Sequence record: DRR723986_4006
Direction: 5' to 3' (one strand)
Length of the DNA stretch: 64,000 nt
Shown in pieces: positions 1-10,224 of this stretch; position 1 is the first letter of the stretch, and every line of letters begins with the position of its first letter. The notes beneath the pieces are model-generated. The model was not told where the DNA came from and did no database searches. It saw only the letters and a list, made by a program, of their open reading frames with translations. A program made the position numbers and the translations under genes.

Positions 1-231
1 TTTTTAACTAATGGTGGGAAAGCAATTCCTAAATTAATTGCCATTGATAATGAAACCAATGAAGTTGTTGATACGTTTGGACCAAGACCTACTGTAGCCA
101 CCAATATGGTCAATGAATATAAGAAGCAAAACGGTCAGTTAACACCAGAGTTTAAAGAAGGCTTACAACGCTGGTACAACAAAGATAAAGGTCAGTCTAC
201 TATTAAGGATTTAACTAACTTATTAAGTTAG
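1..231 (+). CDS. Thioredoxin-family protein, C-terminal part (gene begins before the window)
   Basis: Frame 1 is open to TAG at 229-231: FLTNGGKAIPKLI...FGPRP...LQRWYNKDKG, typical of the Bacteroidota Thioredoxin_9-like C-terminus. Not in the ORF track. Confidence 0.75.
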   Translation, partial: FLTNGGKAIPKLIAIDNETNEVVDTFGPRPTVATNMVNEYKKQNGQLTPEFKEGLQRWYNKDKGQSTIKDLTNLLS

Positions 232-968
232 TTTTTGCTCTTAAACAGAAAAGTAATTGTACCCAGTTGATCGTCACGGTCAGAGCTATCAAATTGAACA
301 TTCTTGGCATATTCTATAGCATGGTCTATTAGGCACTGATTGTTACTATTAGATGATCCGTTGATGTAAGCATCAAATACATCACCAACTTCATTTACCC
401 TAATATTTACTACAATTTTTCCTCCTTGTTCACAAAGATATCTAGGTGTTGTGTAATGAGAAAGTGTACGTCCTTTTAAAGAATAGGTCAGTGTACTTTT
501 AGATTTAGCATGCTCATCTGCCTGCTTAGTATTTTTTTGACGTTTTTTTAATTCGTCTTGGAGACTTTTATAAGATTTAGATTCCTTAGTATTTATAGCA
601 TAATCTTTATAGTCTACATAGGTTTTATTAAAATCCGTTGGTTTATTACTTTCGCTGGTAATAGTTTCTTCTTCAATTGCTTTGGTAGTACGTTCAAAAT
701 CATCGCTGCTAACTGTACGGAAGTTGCGCATCATTTCCTTGTATTCTTGGTCTTCGTTAAAGGCCTTATCTGTAGAGGCAACGTTAGGATCTTCAATGTT
801 TTTAAGTTCTTCTGGCGCTTCAGTATTGTCTTTTGGTTCTAACTCATAATAACTTTCTGTTATTAATAGTTGGTGTTGTTTAATATGAATACTGAACATA
901 CCAAGAACTAACGTTCCTGCAATCAGGAATGTAATTATAGCCGCTTTATATTGTTCAATTAATTTCAA
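228..968 (-). CDS. TonB-like membrane-anchored protein
   Basis: N-terminal TM helix, charged linker, TonB_C-like end (GKIVVNIRVNEVGDV...A...GTITFLF). Confidence 0.7.
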   Translation of the reverse strand: MKLIEQYKAAIITFLIAGTLVLGMFSIHIKQHQLLITESYYELEPKDNTEAPEELKNIEDPNVASTDKAFNEDQEYKEMMRNFRTVSSDDFERTTKAIEEETITSESNKPTDFNKTYVDYKDYAINTKESKSYKSLQDELKKRQKNTKQADEHAKSKSTLTYSLKGRTLSHYTTPRYLCEQGGKIVVNIRVNEVGDVFDAYINGSSNSNNQCLIDHAIEYAKNVQFDSSDRDDQLGTITFLFKSKN

Positions 969-1046
969 CGATTATGTATTGTATAAGCCTCAATATATAC
1001 GAATATAAGAAGGAAATAGTTTAAAATACAAGTAAAAGCCAGAGTT

Positions 1047-1748
1047 TTAGCGCTTTTCAGGCTCTAGATTAGCAATAAATTCTTCTGGTGTTATGGCATT
1101 GTCAACCGAAAATTCACCTATTCGTGTACGTCGTAATTCAGATAAATGAGCACCAGAATTAAGTGCTTTTCCAAAGTCGTGTGCTAAGGATCTTATATAA
1201 GTGCCTTTACTACAAATAACCCTAAATTTTAATTCAACACCACTAATTTCAGTAATTTCAAATGCTTTAATTTCTACCTCACGAGATTTAATTTCAACAT
1301 CTTCACCAGCTCTGGCAAACTCATAGAGTCGCTTTCCATCCTTTTTAATGGCTGAGAATACAGGAGGATATTGATTTATTTTACCAATAAATTGCTCCGT
1401 GGTTTTATGAATTAAGTCTTGGGTAATATGCTCAATAGGATATGTTTTATCTATTTCAGTCTCAAGGTCATAAGAAGGTGTTGTACTGCCTACGACAAAA
1501 GTGCCAGTATATTCTTTTTCTTGCCCTTGAAAGGTGTTGATTTGCTTAGTCATTTTACCAGTACAAATAATGAGTAAGCCTGTTGCTAAAGGATCTAAAG
1601 TCCCTGCGTGACCAACCTTAATCTTTTTAATATTAAAGGCTTGTCGTATAGACCAACGTAATTTATTAACGGCCTGAAAAGAGGTCCAATTTAAAGGCTT
1701 ATATATTAATAAAACCTGTCCGTTTTTATAGTCTTCTCCTGTGAGCAT
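1047..1748 (-). CDS. truB: tRNA pseudouridine(55) synthase
   Basis: KVGHAGTLDPLATGLL and CSKGTYIRSLAHD motifs. Confidence 0.97.
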   Translation of the reverse strand: MLTGEDYKNGQVLLIYKPLNWTSFQAVNKLRWSIRQAFNIKKIKVGHAGTLDPLATGLLIICTGKMTKQINTFQGQEKEYTGTFVVGSTTPSYDLETEIDKTYPIEHITQDLIHKTTEQFIGKINQYPPVFSAIKKDGKRLYEFARAGEDVEIKSREVEIKAFEITEISGVELKFRVICSKGTYIRSLAHDFGKALNSGAHLSELRRTRIGEFSVDNAITPEEFIANLEPEKR

Positions 1749-2551
1749 TACATTGTTTTCCAGATTATGGCTGCAAGTCCAACTACTACACAGTAAATAG
1801 CGAAATAGCTCAGTTTACTTTGTTTAACGAGTTTTATCATCCAGGTACAAGCAAAAAGACCGGAAATAAAAGCAGCGATAAAGCCAACACTTAAGTATGT
1901 GAAATTAGAACTAGAGTAGTCTATTTGACCTTCCATAATGTCTTTTGCAATTTTTCCAAATATTAAGGGTACGACCATTAAAAATGAAAATCTAGCCGCT
2001 TTAGACTTATCTATTCCAAGTAAGACAGATGTAGATATTGTTGCACCAGATCTAGAAATTCCAGGTAACATGGCAACACCCTGAGCCAATCCAATGACAA
2101 AACCATCTAGAAGTGACACTTTTTTATGAGTCTTTTTAGCTCTATCAGCTAGAAATAATAATAGGGCTGTAACAATTAACATACAACCAACCAAAAAAAT
2201 ACTATTTCCGAAAAGTTCTTCAAATTCGTGCTCAAATTTATAGCCAATAATTACAGCAGGAATCATGGAAATAATAATTTTAGCTGAAAATTTAGCCTCT
2301 TCTGTCCAGGACAAAGTCGTAATCCCTTTAAATAGGCCTTTAAAAATTATAGCTACATCTTTTCTAAAAACCACAATTGTACTTAAAGCGGTTGCAAAGT
2401 GAAGAACAACAGTAAAAAGTAAACTTTCTTGCGGTAAAGCATCGTTACCAAGTAGTGCTTTGCCTAACTCTAAATGACCACTAGAAGATACTGGCAAAAA
2501 CTCCGTAAGTCCTTGTATTACTCCTAAAATTACAGCATCAATAATTTCCAT
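1748..2551 (-). CDS. uppP: Undecaprenyl-diphosphate phosphatase
   Basis: QGLTEFLPVSSSGH and PGISRSGATI motifs; multiple TM helices. Confidence 0.97.
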   Translation of the reverse strand: MEIIDAVILGVIQGLTEFLPVSSSGHLELGKALLGNDALPQESLLFTVVLHFATALSTIVVFRKDVAIIFKGLFKGITTLSWTEEAKFSAKIIISMIPAVIIGYKFEHEFEELFGNSIFLVGCMLIVTALLLFLADRAKKTHKKVSLLDGFVIGLAQGVAMLPGISRSGATISTSVLLGIDKSKAARFSFLMVVPLIFGKIAKDIMEGQIDYSSSNFTYLSVGFIAAFISGLFACTWMIKLVKQSKLSYFAIYCVVVGLAAIIWKTM

Positions 2552-2608
2552 GAGGCAAAAGTATCAATTAAAGTAAAGATACACTTTAAAAGGTATGTAA
2601 ACTCAATA

Positions 2609-2872
2609 TTATTTTTTAGAATCTTTATTTGGGTTCAAAAGAATAGCATAAACCTGAATTCCAAAACCTATTAATACGAGAGTAGGAGCAAGTCTAATTC
2701 GTCTCCAACTAAAGATAGAAGGATCAAATACATTTGGGTCGTCACTTCCTCCGCCTGCCATTAAGATAAATCCAATGACAATACATGATAAACCAATAAG
2801 CATAAACTTATAGTTTTTTTTACCGAAAATAAATTCTGCTTTAGACTCTTCTTTACGCTTTTTTTCTCCCAT
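2609..2872 (-). CDS. DUF3098-like small membrane protein
   Basis: Two TM helices, FGKKNY...IRLAP; usual position between ftsX and uppP in Bacteroidota. Confidence 0.8.
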   Translation of the reverse strand: MGEKKRKEESKAEFIFGKKNYKFMLIGLSCIVIGFILMAGGGSDDPNVFDPSIFSWRRIRLAPTLVLIGFGIQVYAILLNPNKDSKK

Positions 2873-2874
2873 TT

Positions 2875-3234
2875 TTAATCAAATTCTGTATAAATGATAT
2901 CATCACCTAGAGCTAGTTGCGAAATATGTTCGGAAGTCACTCCACCCAAAATCTTAGCTAAATGCAAAGTAACGGTTTTATTTAAAACTTTTGTCTTAAG
3001 AGAATCTAAATTTAAGCCTTGTTCTAACCCTCTGTTGATGTAGTAGAAATCTGTTCCATCATCGTAAAAGACAATATCCTTTACTCCGCCTTCATTAATT
3101 TTGGTAACTTTTATATCAATGACAACACATTCCTCTGGTTTTGGATTTTGAATAATACACGATTTCAATAAAAAAAATAAAGCGAGAACTAGTAAAGTAA
3201 TTGCGCCAGCAATTATAGAAACAGATTTTTTCAT
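2875..3234 (-). CDS. Hypothetical membrane-anchored protein
   Basis: 119-aa ORF with N-terminal hydrophobic helix, in operon context. Confidence 0.65.
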   Translation of the reverse strand: MKKSVSIIAGAITLLVLALFFLLKSCIIQNPKPEECVVIDIKVTKINEGGVKDIVFYDDGTDFYYINRGLEQGLNLDSLKTKVLNKTVTLHLAKILGGVTSEHISQLALGDDIIYTEFD

Positions 3235-3293
3235 GGTTGGTGGTTTTTACTTAAAACGGAGATTGAGTTATTTTATTTTATATAATCTAAGAC

Positions 3294-4172
3294 CTAATAA
3301 TACAACTGATCCGTCTTCAAATTTAAGAAGCGTTGTGTAGCGATAAAGGTGCTAATCCAAGTAATAACAATACCTAATAAGAATATGCCAACGAATAACG
3401 CAATAATCGAAACCGTATTTCTCAATAATTCCAATTCTGGGAATGTAATGTCTAAGTAATACAATACCACAGCCATTCCTGCCAAAGCGACAAGAGCTCC
3501 AATGACACCTAATTGTACACTTTTCCATACAAAAGGTCTGCGGATAAAAGTTTTAGTTGCACCAACCATCTGCATGGTTTTAATGATAAATCGTTTTGAA
3601 TAAACCGCCAAACGAATAGAACTGTTAATGAGTAGAACAGCAATAAGTGTAAACAAACCACTAATAATCAATACCCAAAACGTAATCTTCTTAACATTAT
3701 CATTCATTAGTTCCACCAAATCATTGTCATATCTAATTTCTTCAATAAATGCTTTATTAGATAGACTTTCCGTAATTTCAGTTAGCTGTTCGGTAGTGAC
3801 ATAATCGGCTTTTAAGTAAACATCTATGGAGTTTTTCAACGGATTATAACCTACAAAATCCATAAAGTCTTCACCTGTTTCAGCCTTCATAAGTTCAGCA
3901 GCTTCCTCTTTAGACACATATTTGGCTTCTTTGGTATAATCTGCCATAGCCAGACTTTTTTTAAGTTGGTTAACTTCAACCTCTTTAGCTGTATCATTTA
4001 GATAAATAGTCATTACGACTTGTTCTTTAAAATGATCGGCTACCTTTTTAGAGTTAATAACCAGCAAGCCCAGGCAACCTAAAAGAAATAATACCAGAGC
4101 GATGCTTATAACAACTGAGATATAAGATGATATTAGTTTTCGTTTTTGGTACTTGTCAAAGGATGATGCCAT
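3294..4172 (-). CDS. ftsX: Cell division permease FtsX
   Basis: Four TM helices; LINSSIRL...IKTMQMVGAT..FIRRPF motif. Confidence 0.93.
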   Translation of the reverse strand: MASSFDKYQKRKLISSYISVVISIALVLFLLGCLGLLVINSKKVADHFKEQVVMTIYLNDTAKEVEVNQLKKSLAMADYTKEAKYVSKEEAAELMKAETGEDFMDFVGYNPLKNSIDVYLKADYVTTEQLTEITESLSNKAFIEEIRYDNDLVELMNDNVKKITFWVLIISGLFTLIAVLLINSSIRLAVYSKRFIIKTMQMVGATKTFIRRPFVWKSVQLGVIGALVALAGMAVVLYYLDITFPELELLRNTVSIIALFVGIFLLGIVITWISTFIATQRFLNLKTDQLYY

Positions 4173-4261
4173 ATATAACGGATTAATGCTGTAAAAATAA
4201 AAAACAATTTGCTTCTTCAGACTATTACAACGTTTAGTTTTTTATTGTGTTGTAATACCAC

Positions 4262-4269
4262 TAAATTTG
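4262..4269 (+). promoter_or_regulatory. Bacteroidota -7 promoter element of leuS
   Basis: TAAATTTG matches TAnnTTTG; supports the start at ATG 4296 rather than TTG 4209. Confidence 0.65.
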
Positions 4270-4295
4270 CACCTTATTTCAAGCAAAACAGAACG

Positions 4296-7112
4296 ATGAG
4301 ATACGATTTCAATCAAATCGATAAAAAGTGGCAAGATTACTGGGCAAAGAATCAAACCTTTAAGGCTTCAAACCACAGTGAAAAACCAAAATATTATGTT
4401 TTAGATATGTTCCCTTATCCAAGCGGTGCAGGTCTACATGTTGGTCACCCATTAGGATATATTGCCTCCGATATATATGCACGTTATAAACGTCATAAGG
4501 GTTTTAATGTTTTGCACCCTCAAGGTTATGATAGTTTTGGCTTACCTGCCGAGCAATATGCTATACAAACAGGTCAACATCCTGCAGTAACTACTGAAGC
4601 TAATATTAAAACCTATCGTCGTCAACTAGACCAAATCGGGTTTTCTTTTGATTGGAGTAGAGAAGTGCGTACCTCAAATCCTGATTATTACAAATGGACA
4701 CAATGGATTTTTATTCAATTATTTGAATCCTATTATTGTAATGATGCCGACATGGCAAGACCTGTTTCAGAATTAGTTGAGGTTTTTAAAGCGGAAGGCA
4801 ATGTAAACATAAATGCTGCCTGTGATGATGATGTTGAAATATTTACTGCTGAAGATTGGAATAGCTATACCTCAGAACAACAACAAGAAATTCTACTTAA
4901 ATATAGATTAACATATTTGGCAGAAACGGAAGTCAATTGGTGCCCTGCGCTGGGAACGGTTTTAGCTAATGACGAAATTGTTAACGGTGTGTCTGAACGT
5001 GGTGGACATCCTGTTATCCGCAAAAAAATGACACAATGGAGTATGCGCATTTCTGCATATGCAGAGCGTTTACTCCAAGGGTTAGAGACTATAGACTGGA
5101 CAGATTCACTTAAAGAAAGTCAACGCAACTGGATTGGTAAATCAGTTGGTGCCTCTGTAACTTTTAATGTCAACGGTCATGATGAAATAATAGACGTATT
5201 TACCACACGTCCTGATACCATTTTTGGTGTGTCTTTTATGACGCTAGCACCAGAGCATGAGCTGGTATCTCAAATTACAACCCAAGCACAAAAAGCTGAG
5301 GTTGAAGCCTATGTAGAGGCTACAGCAAAACGTTCTGAACGTGATCGTATGGCAGATGTGAAAACTATTTCTGGTGTATTTACTGGTGCTTATGCAGAAC
5401 ATCCATTTTCAAAAGAGCCTATTCCAATTTGGATTGGTGATTATGTGTTAGCAAGCTATGGAACAGGTGCTGTAATGGCAGTTCCATGTGGTGACCAACG
5501 CGATTATGATTTTGCAAAGCATTTTGGGATTGATATTCCTAACATTTTTGATGATGTAGATATTTCTGAAGAGGCTTTTGCCTCTAAGGATAATGTTAAG
5601 ATTGCTAATAGCGATTTCCTTAACGGAATGAATTATAAAAAAGCAACTAAAAGAGCTATTTACGAATTAGAGCAAATTGCTCAAGGAGAAGGTAAAACTA
5701 ATTACCGTTTACGTGATGCTGTGTTTTCGCGTCAGCGTTATTGGGGCGAACCTTTCCCTGTATATTATATCAACGGTATGCCACAAATGATAGATGTTAA
5801 GCATCTTCCATTAACTTTACCTGAGGTTGAAAAATATCTTCCTACTGAGGAAGGAGAACCGCCATTAGGACGTGCAGATGATTGGGCCTGGAATACTGAG
5901 AGTAATTCGGTTGTATCAAATGATGAAATTGATAATAAAACTATTTTTCCTCTAGAGTTGAATACCATGCCAGGTTGGGCAGGTAGTTCTTGGTATTTCT
6001 TCCGTTATATGGAAGATGCCATGCGCAATGAAACCTTTTCAAGTGAAGATGCACTGAAGTATTGGGAAAATGTCGATTTATATATTGGTGGTAGCGAGCA
6101 TGCCACGGGTCACTTATTATACTCTCGTTTTTGGGTAAAGTTTATGAAAGATAGAGGTTTTGTTGGTATAGACGAACCATTTAAAAAGTTGATTAACCAA
6201 GGGATGATACTTGGAACGAGTGCTTTTGTTTATAGAGAGGACGGAACAAATAAATTTTACTCAAAAGGATTAATTGAAGATAAAAATGTGCAAGCTATTC
6301 ATGCTGATGTATCACTTATCAATTCGTCTGATGAATTAGATATAGATGGATTTAAAAATTGGCGTTCAGAATTTAAGGATGCTGAATTTATATTAGAAGA
6401 CGGTGTATATAAGGTTGGGCGAGACGTCGAAAAAATGTCCAAATCTAAATACAATGTGGTTAATCCTGATGACATCGTTTCAGATTATGGAGCAGACAGC
6501 CTAAGACTCTATGAAATGTTCCTTGGGCCATTAGAACAATACAAACCATGGAATACTGCTGGTATAACAGGAGTCCATGGCTTCCTTAAAAGACTTTGGA
6601 AACTTTATGTTGGTCAAGAAACATTAAATGTTAATGATGCAGAGCCAACAAAAGATAATTTAAAAACACTTCATAAAACCATAAAAAAGGTAGAAGAGGA
6701 TATAGAGAATTTCTCGTTTAATACGTCTGTATCTACCTTTATGATTGCAGTTAATGAGTTTACGGCACAGAAATGTACAAGCAAAGAAATTCTTGAGCCA
6801 TTATTAATTCTTATTTCGCCTTATGCACCTCATATTGCGGAAGAATTATGGGAAAGATTAGGTCATTCAGAATCTATTTCTACAGTTGCATTCCCAAAAT
6901 TTGAGGAAAAACATTTGGTAGAAAGCTCTAAGAATTATCCAATATCATTCAATGGTAAAATGCGTTTCACAATGGAATTGCCATTAGATATGAGTAAGGA
7001 TGATATTGAAGCAGCTGTATTGGCCAATGAAAAAACCCAAGAGCAATTACAAGGTCGTACACCAAAAAAAGTGATTGTAGTGCCAGGTAAGATTGTTAAC
7101 ATCGTAGGGTAA
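4296..7112 (+). CDS. leuS: Leucine--tRNA ligase
   Basis: [14 protein letters not shown] (HIGH) and KMSKS motifs, editing domain GTGAVMAVP; start placed at MRYDF. Confidence 0.97.
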   Translation: MRYDFNQIDKKWQDYWAKNQTFKASNHSEKPKYYVLDMFPYPSGAGLHVGHPLGYIASDIYARYKRHKGFNVLHPQGYDSFGLPAEQYAIQTGQHPAVTTEANIKTYRRQLDQIGFSFDWSREVRTSNPDYYKWTQWIFIQLFESYYCNDADMARPVSELVEVFKAEGNVNINAACDDDVEIFTAEDWNSYTSEQQQEILLKYRLTYLAETEVNWCPALGTVLANDEIVNGVSERGGHPVIRKKMTQWSMRISAYAERLLQGLETIDWTDSLKESQRNWIGKSVGASVTFNVNGHDEIIDVFTTRPDTIFGVSFMTLAPEHELVSQITTQAQKAEVEAYVEATAKRSERDRMADVKTISGVFTGAYAEHPFSKEPIPIWIGDYVLASYGTGAVMAVPCGDQRDYDFAKHFGIDIPNIFDDVDISEEAFASKDNVKIANSDFLNGMNYKKATKRAIYELEQIAQGEGKTNYRLRDAVFSRQRYWGEPFPVYYINGMPQMIDVKHLPLTLPEVEKYLPTEEGEPPLGRADDWAWNTESNSVVSNDEIDNKTIFPLELNTMPGWAGSSWYFFRYMEDAMRNETFSSEDALKYWENVDLYIGGSEHATGHLLYSRFWVKFMKDRGFVGIDEPFKKLINQGMILGTSAFVYREDGTNKFYSKGLIEDKNVQAIHADVSLINSSDELDIDGFKNWRSEFKDAEFILEDGVYKVGRDVEKMSKSKYNVVNPDDIVSDYGADSLRLYEMFLGPLEQYKPWNTAGITGVHGFLKRLWKLYVGQETLNVNDAEPTKDNLKTLHKTIKKVEEDIENFSFNTSVSTFMIAVNEFTAQKCTSKEILEPLLILISPYAPHIAEELWERLGHSESISTVAFPKFEEKHLVESSKNYPISFNGKMRFTMELPLDMSKDDIEAAVLANEKTQEQLQGRTPKKVIVVPGKIVNIVG

Positions 7113-7117
7113 TTGTT

Positions 7118-7477
7118 ATGATACTTAAGCTAAAGAGATTTGAAAAAATCGTACTGGTTTTCTTTTTAGCTTTTGCAATTGGTATGTCATTAATCTGGTT
7201 ATTCGAAGAACGCTTCAGTACAGAAAAATGGAAGGCCGAACCAACACGTCGTTATAAAATGGTAGATGATCTTATAGAATCTCAAATTCTCAAAGGAAAG
7301 TCAAAGGAAGAGGTTATTCTTATGTTAGGCTATCCAAATTTAAGATCGGACAACGACAATGATGTATTTGCCTATAGTTTAGGAGTGCCACCTAGTTTTT
7401 TTAAATCTAAACGTGAAAAACTTCTTGTTATTTTCAGTAAGGAAATAGTAAAAGATGTAACTCTTGCCATAGACTAA
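7118..7477 (+). CDS. Hypothetical membrane-anchored protein (SmpA/BamE-like repeat motif)
   Basis: N-terminal TM helix, GKSKEEVILMLGYP motif. Confidence 0.6.
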   Translation: MILKLKRFEKIVLVFFLAFAIGMSLIWLFEERFSTEKWKAEPTRRYKMVDDLIESQILKGKSKEEVILMLGYPNLRSDNDNDVFAYSLGVPPSFFKSKREKLLVIFSKEIVKDVTLAID

Positions 7478-7708
7478 AACTTGTGTAAAATCCTTTTTCA
7501 ATTAGATATCTCATTTCAGTTTATCGACAAATTATTTCATTCGTCTATCAGCGTATTTATTTGTAAATGAGTTAAATATTGTCGAATTCATAAAATGAAG
7601 TCTTCAAAATAAAAATCTCATAAAAATACCTTCAAAATAAGACCCAAATTTGGATACTCAGATTTTTTAATAGTAATTCACATAGCTATTAATTCAAATA
7701 ATTATACT

Positions 7709-8809
7709 ATGAAAATTGGAGTCCCAAAGGAAATTAAAAACAATGAAAATAAAGTAGGAATGACACCAGCTGGTGTTTTTGAGCTTATTAAAAATAATCA
7801 CACTGTTTATGTACAAAAAGAGGCAGGATTAGGTAGTGGTTTTTTTGATGAAGATTATAAAGAAGTTGGCGCTATTATCTTAGATACTATTGAAGAGGTT
7901 TATGCCTCTGCTGATATGATAGTTAAGGTAAAAGAACCTATTGCAAAAGAGTATCCACTGATTAAGCCACACCATGTTGTATTTACCTATTTTCATTTTG
8001 CATCGAGTAAACCATTGACAAAGGCAATGTTAAAAAGTCAGGCTGTTTGTATTGCCTATGAGACTGTAGAAGATAAAGATGGTACGTTACCATTATTAAC
8101 TCCAATGTCTGAAGTTGCAGGCAGAATGGCAATTCAACAAGGTGCTAAATATTTAGAAAAACCGATTAAAGGAAAAGGAGTATTGCTTGGTGGTGTGCCA
8201 GGTGTTCCACCAGGAAAAGTATTAGTATTAGGTGCTGGTACAGTTGGAATTCAAGCGGCTAAAATGGCAGCAGGTTTAGGCGCTCATGTGACGATAATGG
8301 ATATAAATATGAAACAATTACGTTATGTAAATGACATTATGCCAAAGCATGTTGTGACTGAATTTTCTAGTGAATTTAATATCAGAAATCGTATTAAGGA
8401 TCATGACTTAATTGTTGGTGGTGTATTGATTAAAGGGGCAAAAGCACCTAAATTAATTACTAGAGATATGTTAAAGGAAATGCATCCAGGAACCGTCATT
8501 GTGGATGTTGCTGTAGATCAAGGTGGTTGTATAGAAACTACAAAAGCTACAACGCATGAAGATCCGACATATATCATTGATGATGTTGTACATTACTGTG
8601 TGGCAAATATGCCAGGTGCTGTTCCTTACACATCTACTTTAGCCTTAACTAATGTAACATTACCTTATGTTTTAAAACTAGCCAATCAAGGTTGGGAAGT
8701 AGCATGTACTAAAGACGAATCCTTAAGAAAAGGGCTTAATATAATTAATGGTAAAATCGTTTACGAAGAAATTGCCGATGCTTTTAATTGGTCGGTTGAT
8801 GCCATGTAA
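7709..8809 (+). CDS. ald: Alanine dehydrogenase
   Basis: MKIGVPKEIK, VKVKEP, PMSEVAGR, DVAVDQGGC and HYCVANMPGAVP motifs. Confidence 0.96.
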   Translation: MKIGVPKEIKNNENKVGMTPAGVFELIKNNHTVYVQKEAGLGSGFFDEDYKEVGAIILDTIEEVYASADMIVKVKEPIAKEYPLIKPHHVVFTYFHFASSKPLTKAMLKSQAVCIAYETVEDKDGTLPLLTPMSEVAGRMAIQQGAKYLEKPIKGKGVLLGGVPGVPPGKVLVLGAGTVGIQAAKMAAGLGAHVTIMDINMKQLRYVNDIMPKHVVTEFSSEFNIRNRIKDHDLIVGGVLIKGAKAPKLITRDMLKEMHPGTVIVDVAVDQGGCIETTKATTHEDPTYIIDDVVHYCVANMPGAVPYTSTLALTNVTLPYVLKLANQGWEVACTKDESLRKGLNIINGKIVYEEIADAFNWSVDAM

Positions 8810-8856
8810 AATTATTTGACTCGTCAGTTGACCTGACAAAATTTCTTAACTCAAAT

Positions 8857-8872
8857 TTGGCTTACTATTTGT
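8857..8872 (+). promoter_or_regulatory. Putative sigma-54-type promoter
   Basis: TTGGC-TTACTAT-TTGT: GG at 8859-8860 and G at 8871 give the -24/-12 GG-N10-G spacing. Confidence 0.35.
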
Positions 8873-8912
8873 AGTACAATTAGTAAATTTACAAGATAAA
8901 AAATTTACAATT

Positions 8913-9617
8913 ATGGCTGGATTAACAGAATATTATATATTAATTGGAGCGATAGCTTTAGTCAGTTGGCTAGTAAGTAACCAATTGAAGAAGAAATTTG
9001 CCAAATATTCTAAAGTTCAATTAAGAAATGGAATGAGTGGACAAGAGATTGCAGAAAAAATGCTGGCAGATAATGGCATTTATGATGTTGAGGTGATTTC
9101 TACACCTGGTCAATTAACAGACCATTATAACCCAAAAAACAAAACTGTGAACCTAAGTGAAGCTGTTTACAATCAGAGAAACGCTGCAGCTGCGGCAGTT
9201 GCTGCACATGAGTGTGGTCATGCGGTGCAACACGCACAAGCTTATAGCGCATTAGGAATGCGTTCTGCATTGGTGCCAATTGTAAGTGTGACATCTGGTA
9301 TGTCTCAATGGCTTGTTATTGGAGGATTAATTCTTGGTGCCGCTGCTGGTGTTGGATTAGGATATTGGGTTGCTGTAGCTGGTTTGGTATTTATGGGCTT
9401 TGCAACACTGTTCAGCTTTATAACACTTCCAGTGGAGTATGATGCAAGTAATAGAGCTTTAGCTTGGTTAAAGACTAAAAATATGGTGACGCCAGAAGAG
9501 TATAAAGGGTCTGAAGACGCACTTAAATGGGCTGCAAGAACTTATTTAGTTGCGGCAATTGGAGCATTAGCATCATTGCTGTATTGGGCGCTACAAGTAT
9601 TTGGAGGAAGAGATTAA
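8913..9617 (+). CDS. Membrane zinc metallopeptidase (YugP / Zn_peptidase_2 family)
   Basis: LTDHYNP, AAHECGHAVQH (HExxH), LPVEYDASNRA. Confidence 0.9.
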   Translation: MAGLTEYYILIGAIALVSWLVSNQLKKKFAKYSKVQLRNGMSGQEIAEKMLADNGIYDVEVISTPGQLTDHYNPKNKTVNLSEAVYNQRNAAAAAVAAHECGHAVQHAQAYSALGMRSALVPIVSVTSGMSQWLVIGGLILGAAAGVGLGYWVAVAGLVFMGFATLFSFITLPVEYDASNRALAWLKTKNMVTPEEYKGSEDALKWAARTYLVAAIGALASLLYWALQVFGGRD

Positions 9618-9643
9618 GTCTACTGTAAATATAGATATAGGAT

Positions 9644-9672
9644 AAAAAGCTCTGAGATTTCAGAGCTTTTTT
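9644..9672. terminator. Bidirectional intrinsic terminator
   Basis: AAAAAGCTCTGA-GATT-TCAGAGCTTTTTT between convergent genes. Confidence 0.85.
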
Positions 9673-9673
9673 G

Positions 9674-10144
9674 TTAAATCTTTATCTGTCTATTAATTTG
9701 TTGCTGTAGTGAAATAAAAGTTTCTGTTCTTGAAACTCCCTTTATACTTTGTATTTGAGAATTAAGCACATGCATTAAATGTTCATTATCCTTAGATAGA
9801 ATTTTTATAAAAATACTCCAATGGCCAGTCGTATAATGACATTCTATAACTTCCGGAATTTTTTGCAACTGTTTTACGGCTTCAGGATTACTAACAGCTT
9901 TATCTAAATATACGCCTACAAAGGCCATAGTTGTGTAACCTAATATCTTTGGGTTGATAATAAACTTTGAACCAGCTAAAAGACCAGATTTTTCCAGTTT
10001 CTTAAGGCGCTGATGAATTGCAGCACCAGATATGCCAACGCCACGTGCAATCTCTAAAATGGGTGTTCGGGCATCTTCCATTAAGGCGCGTAGTATCTTT
10101 TTATCAATACCATCAATGTAAATACCTTTATCGTTAATCTTCAT
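9674..10144 (-). CDS. Lrp/AsnC family transcriptional regulator
   Basis: IDGIDKKILRALMEDAR HTH plus C-terminal RAM domain (ECHYTTG). Confidence 0.93.
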   Translation of the reverse strand: MKINDKGIYIDGIDKKILRALMEDARTPILEIARGVGISGAAIHQRLKKLEKSGLLAGSKFIINPKILGYTTMAFVGVYLDKAVSNPEAVKQLQKIPEVIECHYTTGHWSIFIKILSKDNEHLMHVLNSQIQSIKGVSRTETFISLQQQINRQIKI

Positions 10145-10180
10145 TCTTACTTTAGTTTAAATAATGAAAGTTAAAAATAA

Positions 10181-10193
10181 GAAAACGATTTCA
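10181..10193. promoter_or_regulatory. LacI-family-type operator, copy 1
   Basis: GAAAACGATTTCA upstream of the Lrp gene; the same 12-mer occurs at 12149 and 33747. Confidence 0.5.
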
Positions 10194-10224
10194 AATTGAA
10201 AGTTTAGACCTTAGAATGATATAT

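Noticed and set aside
7520-7590. TCGA-containing words upstream of ald (also upstream of the STAS gene, 59081-59139) as a shared operator
   Set aside because: Spacing and flanks are inconsistent between sites, so they cannot be distinguished from chance by eye.
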